DNA of 64,000 nucleotides, taken from positions 1-64,000 of IMG/VR virus record IMGVR_UViG_3300021440_000013. The stretch is one strand, 5' to 3'. The position numbers were made by a program, and so were the translations under genes. Of this stretch, positions 50,414-59,869 are shown in pieces (position 1 is the stretch's first letter; every line of letters begins with the position of its first letter). The notes under the pieces are model-generated. The model was given only the letters and a program-made list of their open reading frames with translations. It was not told the origin of the DNA and ran no database searches.

Positions 50414-50884
50414 GTGTTATTTAAAGCAAGTGGTCCGGTGTCGACATCGGGATATATCATCGTTTTTTTACTGATAGCGTTAGCTGGGATGTATGGCTAC
50501 CAGCATTACACCGTAGAGTTAGCGAACTCAAAAGTCACTGAGACCAAAGCGGTTTCACAAGTTGATCTGATCCTGAGGCGTGCACGCGAGGCTGAAAGTA
50601 AACTCGAGACGGCTGAGGATGCGAACACCAACCTTAAGGGTGTCATTGAACTTCGTGATAAACTTGACGAAGTTAAGAGAGAGACGACACAGCTTCAAAA
50701 GATCGAAGTCAAAAAGACTACTGCTCACACCGAAGCCCTTAAAAAGACGCTGCCGATCGTTTCAAAAACAACCTTATCCATAGCAGAAGCGGATAAGGCA
50801 TCACTGATGCGCATTAACGCCATCTGGGATGCATACTGCTATCCAACTCAACCCGGTGTAAACTGTACGGAACAAGAACAATGA
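50414..50884 (+). CDS. i-spanin (Rz-like)
   Basis: N-terminal TM, coiled coil, C-terminal IWDAYC..C; overlaps a lipoprotein gene. Confidence 0.75.
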   Translation: MLFKASGPVSTSGYIIVFLLIALAGMYGYQHYTVELANSKVTETKAVSQVDLILRRAREAESKLETAEDANTNLKGVIELRDKLDEVKRETTQLQKIEVKKTTAHTEALKKTLPIVSKTTLSIAEADKASLMRINAIWDAYCYPTQPGVNCTEQEQ

Positions 50885-51228
50885 AAACACTTCTTTTGAT
50901 CAGTTTGGTTTTTCTTCTGTCCGCTTGCGCAACGGTCGAACCCCCTAAAGTGTTTATTCAAAAAGAGATCCAGCTTTTTGAACCCAACCCGAGTTTCTTG
51001 GAGCCGTGTATTAAGCCCAAACCGCCCGCGGTTGACACCTTCATGATGGCTTCTGTAAAAGAACGTGAAGACCTTTTAGCGCGTTTAATCCTTGATCAGT
51101 ATAAGTCAATCACTCTGTGTAATATACAGCTCTCGAGTCAGCGTGACCAGCTCCAAAAAGAAAGAGATCTCGTGAAGAAACATAACGAAGACGAAGCGCT
51201 TCGCATGCGAGCCTATAAAGAAAGGTAA
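50881..51228 (+). CDS. o-spanin (Rz1-like lipoprotein)
   Basis: Signal peptide with LSAC lipobox, Pro-rich segment, C..CN motif. Confidence 0.8.
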   Translation: MKTLLLISLVFLLSACATVEPPKVFIQKEIQLFEPNPSFLEPCIKPKPPAVDTFMMASVKEREDLLARLILDQYKSITLCNIQLSSQRDQLQKERDLVKKHNEDEALRMRAYKER

Positions 51229-51234
51229 ACCATT

Positions 51235-51873
51235 GTGGCTACGAACGAAACTGAACTGTGTTTTTACGCAAAGGTAACGCGCCCAGAAGGTTATAAAGAA
51301 GCCGCCGATATCGAAGAGCACGAGCAATGGGAATTTAAACCCCTTGTCAAGGTAGATGGTTCGTCGCGCGGTAAGATGCGTGTGCGTAAGACCACGCGTA
51401 ATGGCGCCAGTAAGTTTGAACAGACCATCAAGCTGCCTTCGGGTGAGGGTGGGGCTGCTACTGGGATGACGGAGTTTAACACCGTCATCGATGAAGAAGT
51501 CTTTGAGGCTTGGAAAAAAGCTTTTGGTGAAAAAGGCTACATCAAGACGCGTTATACATTCATCTCAAAGAACGTGGAGCTCGACTACGATGGACGAACA
51601 ATCAAGCTGCCGGAGATTAAATACGAGATCGATGCCTTTTATAATCAAAAGGGACAGCGTGGTAAATGGGTCAAGATCGATATTGAGATCGATCACTTAC
51701 TCGATTATCTCGACGACCAACACCCCGATCTAGGAAAGTTTGGCCTCTCGGTTAAACTCTCGAGTCTGCCACTGGGTCTTGAGGACGCGATCTCAGCCGT
51801 TACGAAGAATGCTGAAGAGTGTTCAGCGATCTCTACGTTCTGGGACACCTTTGCTCACAAGGAGATTTCGTGA
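51235..51873 (+). CDS. CYTH-domain (triphosphate tunnel / class IV adenylate cyclase-like) protein
   Basis: ExE N-terminus (ETEL), MRVRK, QTIK, EFN, KTRY, YEID, IDIE motifs. Confidence 0.7.
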   Translation: MATNETELCFYAKVTRPEGYKEAADIEEHEQWEFKPLVKVDGSSRGKMRVRKTTRNGASKFEQTIKLPSGEGGAATGMTEFNTVIDEEVFEAWKKAFGEKGYIKTRYTFISKNVELDYDGRTIKLPEIKYEIDAFYNQKGQRGKWVKIDIEIDHLLDYLDDQHPDLGKFGLSVKLSSLPLGLEDAISAVTKNAEECSAISTFWDTFAHKEIS

Positions 51874-52340
51874 GTGAGAAACTGGATCGTAGGAGAACTC
51901 ACCGTTTAACGATCACGCAGGTCTTAGATGAGATGCAGCAGATCGCCGACACGGACTTTCAGGGTGATCTACCCGACAATGCACTGAGTGTATTTAATAC
52001 ACTGAGTGAAGATGATCGAAAAACCTTTTTACGAAGGTCGCTTGAACTACATTGGAAGAACCAGATCGAACTTGCAAAGAACGGCATGCAGGATGTGGTC
52101 GTTGAACACGAAGTGGTGATCGATCCAGTCTCTGTCGAGAAAGAGCGTAAGTCGATCGAAGAGGTTGAAGTCGAAGAGCAGCTTCGACTCAAGACTTGGA
52201 TGAGTAAGGTGACCTTCACACTGGGGCTAGTGGTCTTTGGTGCGATCATTCTGATCACATACTTCTATGGAGGGTCTTCGGCTAACATCACCGATATCCT
52301 TAAGCGTTTGAATGGTGTTGCGGATCTTTTACTTAAATGA
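51870..52340 (+). CDS. Membrane protein with single C-terminal TM
   Basis: GTG 51870 with AAGGAG SD; FTLGLVVFGAIILITYFY. Confidence 0.6.
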   Translation: MSEKLDRRRTHRLTITQVLDEMQQIADTDFQGDLPDNALSVFNTLSEDDRKTFLRRSLELHWKNQIELAKNGMQDVVVEHEVVIDPVSVEKERKSIEEVEVEEQLRLKTWMSKVTFTLGLVVFGAIILITYFYGGSSANITDILKRLNGVADLLLK

Positions 52341-52341
52341 C

Positions 52342-52373
52342 ACGAGGAGAGGGCTCTAAGGCCCTCTCCTCGT
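52342..52373. terminator. Bidirectional terminator hairpin
   Basis: ACGAGGAGAGGGC-TCTAAG-GCCCTCTCCTCGT. Confidence 0.8.
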
Positions 52374-52375
52374 CT

Positions 52376-54301
52376 TTAAATGTGAATTACTAAACTTCCT
52401 GCCTCATCACCGCCATTCTGTGTAAGATAAGCGATAAAGCCCATTGTGCCATCATAACTCAAATAGAGACGGTAGCCAAAGTAGCTGTTTGGGTAGGTCG
52501 CGGGTGGCGTGAACTTGTTCGAGAAATTGAACGCCGTTCCATCGAAAGTATAGACATAAACTTCACCTGAGTTGACATACGGGGTTTGTTTAAGATTAGC
52601 GACGAGCATCTTATTACCCTTAAACTCAACCCGCCCACCAAACTTATCGTTTGACGCCAGATCGTTCGGAACGATCTTCTGTACCTGAGTCCACGTAGTG
52701 CCACTGCGTTTAAAAACATAGATCGCGCCATTAGGCGTATTAGCCGTGGGGTAACACCCTGTGACAACGATGTTTCCGTCACTAGAAAGACCTCCGCTGC
52801 GGGCGCTAAGCATTTTTGAAGTCTCGGAATCAGAGGCTACGAGCTTAGCTTGCTCACTCCATGTTGAACCCGTTCGGGTGTAAATGTAAATGCATCCCGC
52901 GTCTATAAAACCGGAGATATCTGCACCGTGCGCTCCAGCGGCTAGAGTATTTCCATCGCTTGAAAGCGAGAGAAGCTGCCACGCCATATCCTGCCATTGG
53001 TCTGTCTGGGACGGGGAGACTTTAGATTGGAGCGTCCATGTGTTGGAAACGAGGGCGTAGATATACACCGCCCCCTTACCAGCGTCAGCATATGCAGCAC
53101 CTATAGCTATTGTGGTGCTGTCTCGAGAAATTACGGCGGTTGAGCCGTAATGTGCATCGGGCAATAGGTCAGACGGAGTGAGTTTCTGGACAAATAACCA
53201 CACATCCCCTGTACGAGAATAAATGTAAGCGGAACCTTTGTTGATAGCAGTGCCTGTCCAAGCCGGCGCGCAGATAACAGCCAGCGTTCCTTCCGGGTTC
53301 ATTGCCACCCAAAGACCAAACATTTCAGAGGTCAGTGGAACAGGTGCTTTAATGTACTGCTTGTTAGTGTAAACGCCGTTGACGCGTTTATAAAAATAGA
53401 CCGCACCACTATCTAAAGCAGTGTTATCGTCGTTATACGCACCGATAAGGATGTAGTCTTTGTCGTCACTTACAGCAAAGCTGTTGCCAAAACGACTATC
53501 TGGGTAATAGTTCTGCGCAACAAGGCGTTGAATCTCAGTGTTAATCAAACCGTCGTTCCCGGTGGTAAAAGCCACCGGGGTACTCCACGCACTCACCAGA
53601 CCACTTTGGCTCCGGTAGCGGCAACGTACAAAATGTTGGGTTAATTCTTTTATATAGGTAGGCGCCCATTGCGTTAAATCGTTCGAGTTGTAGACACTTT
53701 CAAGGAGTTGATTAAACTCCGTGTTTAAACTAAGCTGCCAGTCACTTCCACTATGTACCGCGTTAGTTTGATCGAGGTTAAAAGTTGACGCAACGATTAA
53801 TACCTTTGAGAAAGAAATCGTGTCACCATTTAAAGGTGACTCAATAACAGGGGTTTCAATCTCAGGCAGAATGATCTGAATGGGATAAGTGCGGCCGTTG
53901 ATGATGATCGCACCGGGTCCTGGTGTCGAGTTTGCCGTGAAGGTGATGACATCCACCTCTCGACTGAGCACTCCGCCTAGACCGATCGCTGTGTAGATCG
54001 CTGAGGTGTCGTAATTGGTGATCGTGTACTGGACGGTTTTGGTCGTGATGACTTGATCTGGTCCAAAGAGGCTCGGAATACTTGGGTCAGAGATCTCAGG
54101 TGGGAAGATATCGCGGGGTAAGAAACCCTGTGCATCGCGCGCAACCGCGCCATTCGGTTTATTAAGGTCTTCCGAACCCAAAAGACGAAGTTTAGCACGC
54201 GCACCCTTAGCGCTAACGCTCCCGGTGCCGCCCTGTTCGATAGGAAGCGCCTCGAGATCACTAAGTTCAGGTCCAAACAAAAAACGGGTCTTAATATCCA
54301 T
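52376..54301 (-). CDS. Tail fibre/receptor-binding protein: GGTG fibre motif + Fn3-like + FG-GAP beta-propeller
   Basis: PIEQGGTG..ARAKL; DWQLS..HFVRCRY..SAWS..FTT; ~7 FG..VA.S.DG..GA..GAVYIY repeats. Confidence 0.75.
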   Translation of the reverse strand: MDIKTRFLFGPELSDLEALPIEQGGTGSVSAKGARAKLRLLGSEDLNKPNGAVARDAQGFLPRDIFPPEISDPSIPSLFGPDQVITTKTVQYTITNYDTSAIYTAIGLGGVLSREVDVITFTANSTPGPGAIIINGRTYPIQIILPEIETPVIESPLNGDTISFSKVLIVASTFNLDQTNAVHSGSDWQLSLNTEFNQLLESVYNSNDLTQWAPTYIKELTQHFVRCRYRSQSGLVSAWSTPVAFTTGNDGLINTEIQRLVAQNYYPDSRFGNSFAVSDDKDYILIGAYNDDNTALDSGAVYFYKRVNGVYTNKQYIKAPVPLTSEMFGLWVAMNPEGTLAVICAPAWTGTAINKGSAYIYSRTGDVWLFVQKLTPSDLLPDAHYGSTAVISRDSTTIAIGAAYADAGKGAVYIYALVSNTWTLQSKVSPSQTDQWQDMAWQLLSLSSDGNTLAAGAHGADISGFIDAGCIYIYTRTGSTWSEQAKLVASDSETSKMLSARSGGLSSDGNIVVTGCYPTANTPNGAIYVFKRSGTTWTQVQKIVPNDLASNDKFGGRVEFKGNKMLVANLKQTPYVNSGEVYVYTFDGTAFNFSNKFTPPATYPNSYFGYRLYLSYDGTMGFIAYLTQNGGDEAGSLVIHI

Positions 54302-54315
54302 GGTTGAATTACTCC

Positions 54316-55548
54316 TTAAGAATACGCACCCAGCTCAAGGAGAACACCTTGGCTATAGTGATAAGGCTGTTGACAATACATCTGGTCGGTGATGTTTTCA
54401 AGGGTATCGCGGGCTTGAAGGGTATGGACGTAGTTCCGATAGTAGCTATCGACCACTGTCACCGACCACACCCCGTCTTCTTTGACTTTCCAATACTCTG
54501 CAAGTCGACCATGACCAACGATAAGTGGATAGGTCGGATCCTGATAGGTACTAAAGATACCTGGAGACTGTATTTGACGAATGCTGATTTTATTAGAAAA
54601 GAGGTTGGGTGTGTCGATAACGACCAAGAAACTCTGTGAAAGCGTCAAGTACCGCTTAAGGACTGCGTCACTATAGACTTCATCGAGATTAATGAGTCTG
54701 TCACTAAGCTCACTCTGGGTGAGCTTAAGTGGACTCAAGTCGATATATTGACGTGCCTCAAAGAGTCGTTCGAGGTAGGGGAGTTGGTTGATATCGAGCT
54801 CAAAGCTTTTATCGCCCGTCTGATAAAAGATGTTCTCTTGCGGCAAAACCATCACGCCGGCTAAGACCAAGATGACGGATTTATGCGTAAGATCCTCTTC
54901 AACAGAGAAGAGGATCTTATCTTTCAGATGCATGTTAGGGCGTGAGGTGATCTTTTCAGGATCAAGCTTAACTTTTGTAACGGCACCGATGTCTAAGAAG
55001 CTCGTTAAACCAAAGTGATTGTGGTTGCAGATTCGGCTACTGACACCCCCGTCGACGATGTAAGCAACTTGGCCATCCGTGTCGGTCATGTGGTAAAAAC
55101 CATTGACCGACACCAGCGCATGACTATGGATCAGTGAGAGGTCCGTGTCAAACTGAGGGCGCGTCAAAACGATGTCGGGTAGTTCTTCACGCGGATAGTT
55201 TTCAGGTGTCACAAAGCCGCGCTTAGCTAAATGTGTCTGATAGCAGGCCCGGTGCATATCGCCATACTTAACGTAGCTTACCTTTTGATCAGGTAAGCTT
55301 GCAAGCGTATCGAGTGTTCGGTTCCCTAAGACTTGAAGTAAGACATTCAGGGTGTTGCCATACGTGGCGTATTCGTCTCGAAGCTGCTCCATATTGACAA
55401 AAACATCTTCGCCAGAAAGATTCAACGTAAGGATGATTCTTCTATAATTCAAAAACAAATTGATCACCAACTCATTTCCGAGACTGGGCGAAACCCATTG
55501 ACTCGCACTTTGGTTGGGTAGTGCGTGCGCTCTAACGAGGCTGTACAT
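54316..55548 (-). CDS. Virion structural protein (gp130-like)
   Basis: ALVSVNGFYH, YLTLSQSFLVVID motifs; inside the fibre cluster. Confidence 0.6.
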   Translation of the reverse strand: MYSLVRAHALPNQSASQWVSPSLGNELVINLFLNYRRIILTLNLSGEDVFVNMEQLRDEYATYGNTLNVLLQVLGNRTLDTLASLPDQKVSYVKYGDMHRACYQTHLAKRGFVTPENYPREELPDIVLTRPQFDTDLSLIHSHALVSVNGFYHMTDTDGQVAYIVDGGVSSRICNHNHFGLTSFLDIGAVTKVKLDPEKITSRPNMHLKDKILFSVEEDLTHKSVILVLAGVMVLPQENIFYQTGDKSFELDINQLPYLERLFEARQYIDLSPLKLTQSELSDRLINLDEVYSDAVLKRYLTLSQSFLVVIDTPNLFSNKISIRQIQSPGIFSTYQDPTYPLIVGHGRLAEYWKVKEDGVWSVTVVDSYYRNYVHTLQARDTLENITDQMYCQQPYHYSQGVLLELGAYS

Positions 55549-55664
55549 ACCGATTCCTTTTTAACAAGCTTGTTTATGAGGGTGAGAAGCCGCTATCTTG
55601 TGACAATGAAAGCTTATTAATATGCTTTCTCTTTGATTAAAACGCCTTCTAAAGGAGAATCTCG

Positions 55665-56396
55665 GTGAGTAGTGTTACCTATCCGTTTGATTCATCGGGG
55701 GTAGCCCCTGAGAATCTCGTGGCAAACGAGCTCCATACGGTAACTGCGATCAACGCCGTCCCGTACCGCATCCTCATCCCTATCTTTGCACCATTTTATC
55801 TCCACAATCTCAAGCTGGAGCACGTCGACTTGACAGGTGTTGTAAAACCCCTGGATGAAGGCGTGGATTTTTATCCTTCGCTTCCTTATATGGCGGCGAC
55901 GCGATCGATCGGTCAGTATCTGTATGGCGGTCTTGTCTTTAACAACGATTTGATGAATGGCACGATCCGCGTTACCTATCAGACGCTGGGGGGTGAGTGG
56001 TGCGCCGATGTAGACTACGTTCACGGCCAGCTCCTTGAAAGTATCTACAACTCGCGTGTCGTCTGGTGGGATCAAATCACCGATAAACAGGGCGTCTTTC
56101 CGCCGATTGAACACAGTCATGATGTAGGGAGTTTTTATGGTCACACGGAGCTTCTGCTGCGCTTAGAAGCGATCCGTGAAGCGATCATGACCGCACCTGC
56201 TTCGGCGCCGGCATCGTATCTTGCACATCTTCTGGATAGCCAAAACCCACACCAGACCAATAAAGCCCAGGTCGGTTTGGGTAACGTACCCAACCTGGCG
56301 CTTGCAACCGACGCTGACGTAGCAAATGCGCTTTTTGAAGACAAGTTTATCACCTTGCGTCAAGTGCTTTTGCTCATGGGTAGAACGCCTCAGTAA
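55665..56396 (+). CDS. Tail fibre anchor-type protein
   Basis: YPFDSSG..NL..E.H, P.FAPFY, YQTLGG, NPHQTNKAQVGLGNV fibre repeat. Confidence 0.7.
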   Translation: MSSVTYPFDSSGVAPENLVANELHTVTAINAVPYRILIPIFAPFYLHNLKLEHVDLTGVVKPLDEGVDFYPSLPYMAATRSIGQYLYGGLVFNNDLMNGTIRVTYQTLGGEWCADVDYVHGQLLESIYNSRVVWWDQITDKQGVFPPIEHSHDVGSFYGHTELLLRLEAIREAIMTAPASAPASYLAHLLDSQNPHQTNKAQVGLGNVPNLALATDADVANALFEDKFITLRQVLLLMGRTPQ

Positions 56397-56453
56397 TACA
56401 AAATCCATTCTCATCTTTTTAAAACTTCTTCAAAGATACCGGAGTATACAAAC

Positions 56454-56762
56454 ATGAGCGGTCTTAAGAACAAACTGATTTCCGATGGCACTGTCCAGCT
56501 TCTGGGTACGGTAAGCGACAGCGTCCTGTTTTCCCTGACGACGATCCGGGCCGTGAACCCAACCGCCACGGTTAAAGAGATCACGATCTGGGTCTCTACG
56601 TCACCGACGCCAAGCGACGTTGATTTGGTTGAAGCACCGACGAGCCTTACGCCCAAGGGCCGGTACGAGCAGAACAACCTGCAACTCTCTCCGGGTGAAA
56701 AAGTCTTTGTGTTTGCCCCGGCAGGCGTGGTCTTTCGCATGGAAACCGTCGACGAAGCTTAA
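56454..56762 (+). CDS. Small beta-rich virion protein
   Basis: 102 aa, GGAG SD. Confidence 0.6.
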   Translation: MSGLKNKLISDGTVQLLGTVSDSVLFSLTTIRAVNPTATVKEITIWVSTSPTPSDVDLVEAPTSLTPKGRYEQNNLQLSPGEKVFVFAPAGVVFRMETVDEA

Positions 56763-56794
56763 CTCTTCTCGTTTACGCTTTGGAGGATTAAGCT

Positions 56795-57757
56795 ATGCCG
56801 AGACAGTTGCAGCAAGCGGATCCCTTTATCACTAACTTCACCGATGTCGCCTCCGTTGACAAAGGCGGTACGGGAAGTACCAGTGTGGAGGGTGCCGTAC
56901 AAAACCTCGGTGGGGTCTCACGCGATCTTTTGGGAGTGCCAAACGGTATCCTTCAGACCGACGAACGTGGATTTATCCCTACCGCGGTTCTAAGAGAAGC
57001 GGGCTTTACGATCGGCTACGCGCTTGAAGGACCCGAGTCTCTTACTCACGGTAATGTCAGTGTTTTTCGCATCACTAACTTTAACAGCTTAGCGAAACCC
57101 GTGGTCTCTGTTGACCATGGTTCGGTGAGTGTGGTGGGTGAAGAGATCTTTATCACCGCGCCTCTTTTTGGCGACGCGGTAGTTTTAACCGTTAATGACC
57201 GGCGGATCACCCTTCCGATTTATCAGGATGGGCCCATCCCGCCTAAGATCGTTTATCCGGAAGCGGGTCTAAAGATCCGTAAACGCTCTACGATCGTGTG
57301 TCGTGCGTTTCACAGTGAACCTGAAGCATACAGTGCATGGACGCCTATCGATGCAGTAGGCGGGCTCTATGCCCCTGTGCCGAGCTTGGCAAGCGGTATC
57401 GAAGTGCTGGGTAAACGAGGTCAAGCGGGTGCGGCCTATGTCCGCACTCAGGTAGGCACACACCAGCTCGGTGAGTCGATCACTCGGCGCCGTATCTTTA
57501 AGACACAGGACTCGGAGTTCTATTTCTTTAAGTCAGGTAGTGGTGAGATGCGTTACCGCTGGATCTACCCGATCGCTGAACATGTTTCGACCGATTGGGA
57601 AGTGGCGACCGACAGCGCATTTAGTCAAATCGTTTTTAGTCGCTACTACGATACAGAAAACCTGACCACCTGTGAAGTGAATCTACCGGAAGGGGCTTAC
57701 TTTGTGAGAACGCGCTTTAATGGGCGGCTTGCAGGGGGTACTCCGATTCAAAGTTAG
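56795..57757 (+). CDS. Tail fibre adaptor (GGTG motif + C-terminally incomplete Fn3-like domain)
   Basis: VDKGGTG..GAVQNLG; paralogous to the N-half of 52376..54301 but ends after YFVRTRFNG. Confidence 0.7.
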   Translation: MPRQLQQADPFITNFTDVASVDKGGTGSTSVEGAVQNLGGVSRDLLGVPNGILQTDERGFIPTAVLREAGFTIGYALEGPESLTHGNVSVFRITNFNSLAKPVVSVDHGSVSVVGEEIFITAPLFGDAVVLTVNDRRITLPIYQDGPIPPKIVYPEAGLKIRKRSTIVCRAFHSEPEAYSAWTPIDAVGGLYAPVPSLASGIEVLGKRGQAGAAYVRTQVGTHQLGESITRRRIFKTQDSEFYFFKSGSGEMRYRWIYPIAEHVSTDWEVATDSAFSQIVFSRYYDTENLTTCEVNLPEGAYFVRTRFNGRLAGGTPIQS

Positions 57758-57775
57758 TGGAGTGTTAACAGATGC

Positions 57776-57810
57776 GAGTGACGGGCTTAACGGCCCGTCA
57801 CTCTTCTTTA
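57776..57810 (+). terminator. Terminator hairpin
   Basis: GAGTGACGGGC-TTAACG-GCCCGTCACTC TTCTTT. Confidence 0.75.
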
Positions 57811-57878
57811 ATGTTTAAAATAGGCTTGGGCAAATGGTGTGGTTGGGCGTATAAAACGCTTATTAAGAGATAAGGACA

Positions 57879-59768
57879 GTGGTGATGAAGACAATCGGTG
57901 TTGTGAAGACGGTGGGTTTTCCGAGTAACTTGGGTGCTGGTAAACTTGCTTTGGTTAAAGAAGACGGCCACCTGAACCTGGAATATAAAGGCACTCAGGA
58001 CACTAAGAGCATGCGGGCGAGAAGATCGATTCGTCTTAAAGGAGACGTCTCGATCCCACGAAGCTATCCTGGCCACCCCTACACCTATCAGTATTTGGTC
58101 GAGAACTACGACAGCTTTACCGAGTACAGCGGCTCTACAACGGCCGGCTCAATCGATGTGTCAGGTGAAGGCGTTAACCTTACTACACCGACGACGGGTG
58201 ATAGGCTCTATATCACGATCAATGGTGAAGTCTCACGCGTGATGCTTAGGCAAGCGGTGATTGGAAAACCCATCATCACCTACCCGTTAAACAACGGTGT
58301 CAATGCCCCTTTGGCGTTGGATGTGCTTTTGTCTGGCTATTTTCCGGAAGTTCCTTCTGAGCCCTTCGAGCTTGTTGAGTGGGTGATTGCGTCCGATATA
58401 AATTTCACACAAAACGTAAAGACTTATTCGAAGTCAAGCGCTACCCCACTTTTAAATCTTTCTATCTTTGGTCTATTCAGTAATACACTCCATTATCTTA
58501 GAGTAAGATTTAAAGGAATGCTCTCGGGTTATTCTGAATGGTCGGATACAGTGAGTTTCACTACGGTCTTTTCAGAGATTGTTGGTGTTGAGCAAACAAA
58601 ATTAATCGCAAACGATGGTATAGCCACCGATAACCTAGGTCGTTTTGTGGCGTTAAGTGGTGATGGTAACACCGCCGCATGTGCTGCACCCTACCGAGAT
58701 GATGTTGTAGCAAACTCTGGAGCAATCTACATTTATGTCCGGAATGGTGCTTCTTGGACTTTTCAAACAAAACTTTTAGTAAGTGATCCTACCGTAACTC
58801 TCACTGTGGGGTATAATCTAAAACTCTCTTACGACGGAAACACGCTTGCGATAGGTTCTCCCTTCTCTACTAATAACGGAGCAGGAAGTGGTGCATTCTA
58901 TATCTTTACAAGGAACGGCACGACTTGGAGTCAAGAAGCCAAAGTGTTTCCGGTCGACGGAGTCGCAAACGCTAATTTTGGCTATGCGTTGTCTTTAAGT
59001 CCGGATGGCAATACACTAGCAGTTGGGGCACGAACAGACGACGATTTAGGCACCAACTCAGGGAGTGTTTATCTTTATCTACGGTCAGGTAACACCTGGA
59101 GTAAACAGGCTAAACTGATCGCTGATGATGGCTCGAGTGGCCACGTATATGGTTGTTCTGTTGCTTTAAGTGGGGATGGCAGTACATTGGCAGTAGGGAG
59201 TCCTATTTCTAATGGTATCGTAAATGGATCAGGCTCTGTCTATATTTACATTTTAAGTGGATCGACGTGGATAAAACAGAGTAAACTCATTGCCAATGAT
59301 GGTGTAAACGGCGACAACTTTGGTTATGTAGTCTCACTTAGCGCAGATGGTTCAACCGTACTGATTGGTGCTCCGATTAAAACAACAAGTGGTTCTAATG
59401 GAGGGGGCGCATATATTTTCAAACGCGCAGGGATAAGTTGGTCCCAGCAATCCCATATATTACCCTTGGATAATGCAGCTGGTGATAAATTCGGCTATAC
59501 GGTTTCTCTTTCATATAACGGGCAACTGGCAGCGATTGGGGCGCCCTATAATAACAGCAAAGGAATAAACAGTGGATCCGTCTACATCTACACAGTGGTC
59601 AATACTGTATGGGATCAAAAGCTTAAACTTTCAGCCAGTGATGGCATTGCTGATGATAACTTCGGTATCTCAGTAAGCCTTAATCGAGATGGAAATCAAC
59701 TACTAATCGGATCATGGTATAGTGACCCTAAAGGCTCTAGTAGCGGAGCTGCATATATCTTCATCTAA
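57879..59768 (+). CDS. Tail fibre/receptor-binding protein: Fn3-like + FG-GAP beta-propeller
   Basis: HYLRVRFKG..SEWSDTVSFTT then ~7 repeats KLIA.DG...DNFG..VALS.DG.TLAVGA...SGSVYIY. Confidence 0.78.
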   Translation: MVMKTIGVVKTVGFPSNLGAGKLALVKEDGHLNLEYKGTQDTKSMRARRSIRLKGDVSIPRSYPGHPYTYQYLVENYDSFTEYSGSTTAGSIDVSGEGVNLTTPTTGDRLYITINGEVSRVMLRQAVIGKPIITYPLNNGVNAPLALDVLLSGYFPEVPSEPFELVEWVIASDINFTQNVKTYSKSSATPLLNLSIFGLFSNTLHYLRVRFKGMLSGYSEWSDTVSFTTVFSEIVGVEQTKLIANDGIATDNLGRFVALSGDGNTAACAAPYRDDVVANSGAIYIYVRNGASWTFQTKLLVSDPTVTLTVGYNLKLSYDGNTLAIGSPFSTNNGAGSGAFYIFTRNGTTWSQEAKVFPVDGVANANFGYALSLSPDGNTLAVGARTDDDLGTNSGSVYLYLRSGNTWSKQAKLIADDGSSGHVYGCSVALSGDGSTLAVGSPISNGIVNGSGSVYIYILSGSTWIKQSKLIANDGVNGDNFGYVVSLSADGSTVLIGAPIKTTSGSNGGGAYIFKRAGISWSQQSHILPLDNAAGDKFGYTVSLSYNGQLAAIGAPYNNSKGINSGSVYIYTVVNTVWDQKLKLSASDGIADDNFGISVSLNRDGNQLLIGSWYSDPKGSSSGAAYIFI

Positions 59769-59869
59769 AAGACCTAGGTCTGTTAGATGATGTGGTAAAA
59801 GGAATGATTGAGTTTTTAAAGAGGTGAGTTTAAAGACTCACCTCTATCACTTAACAAGGAGTGAGCAGT

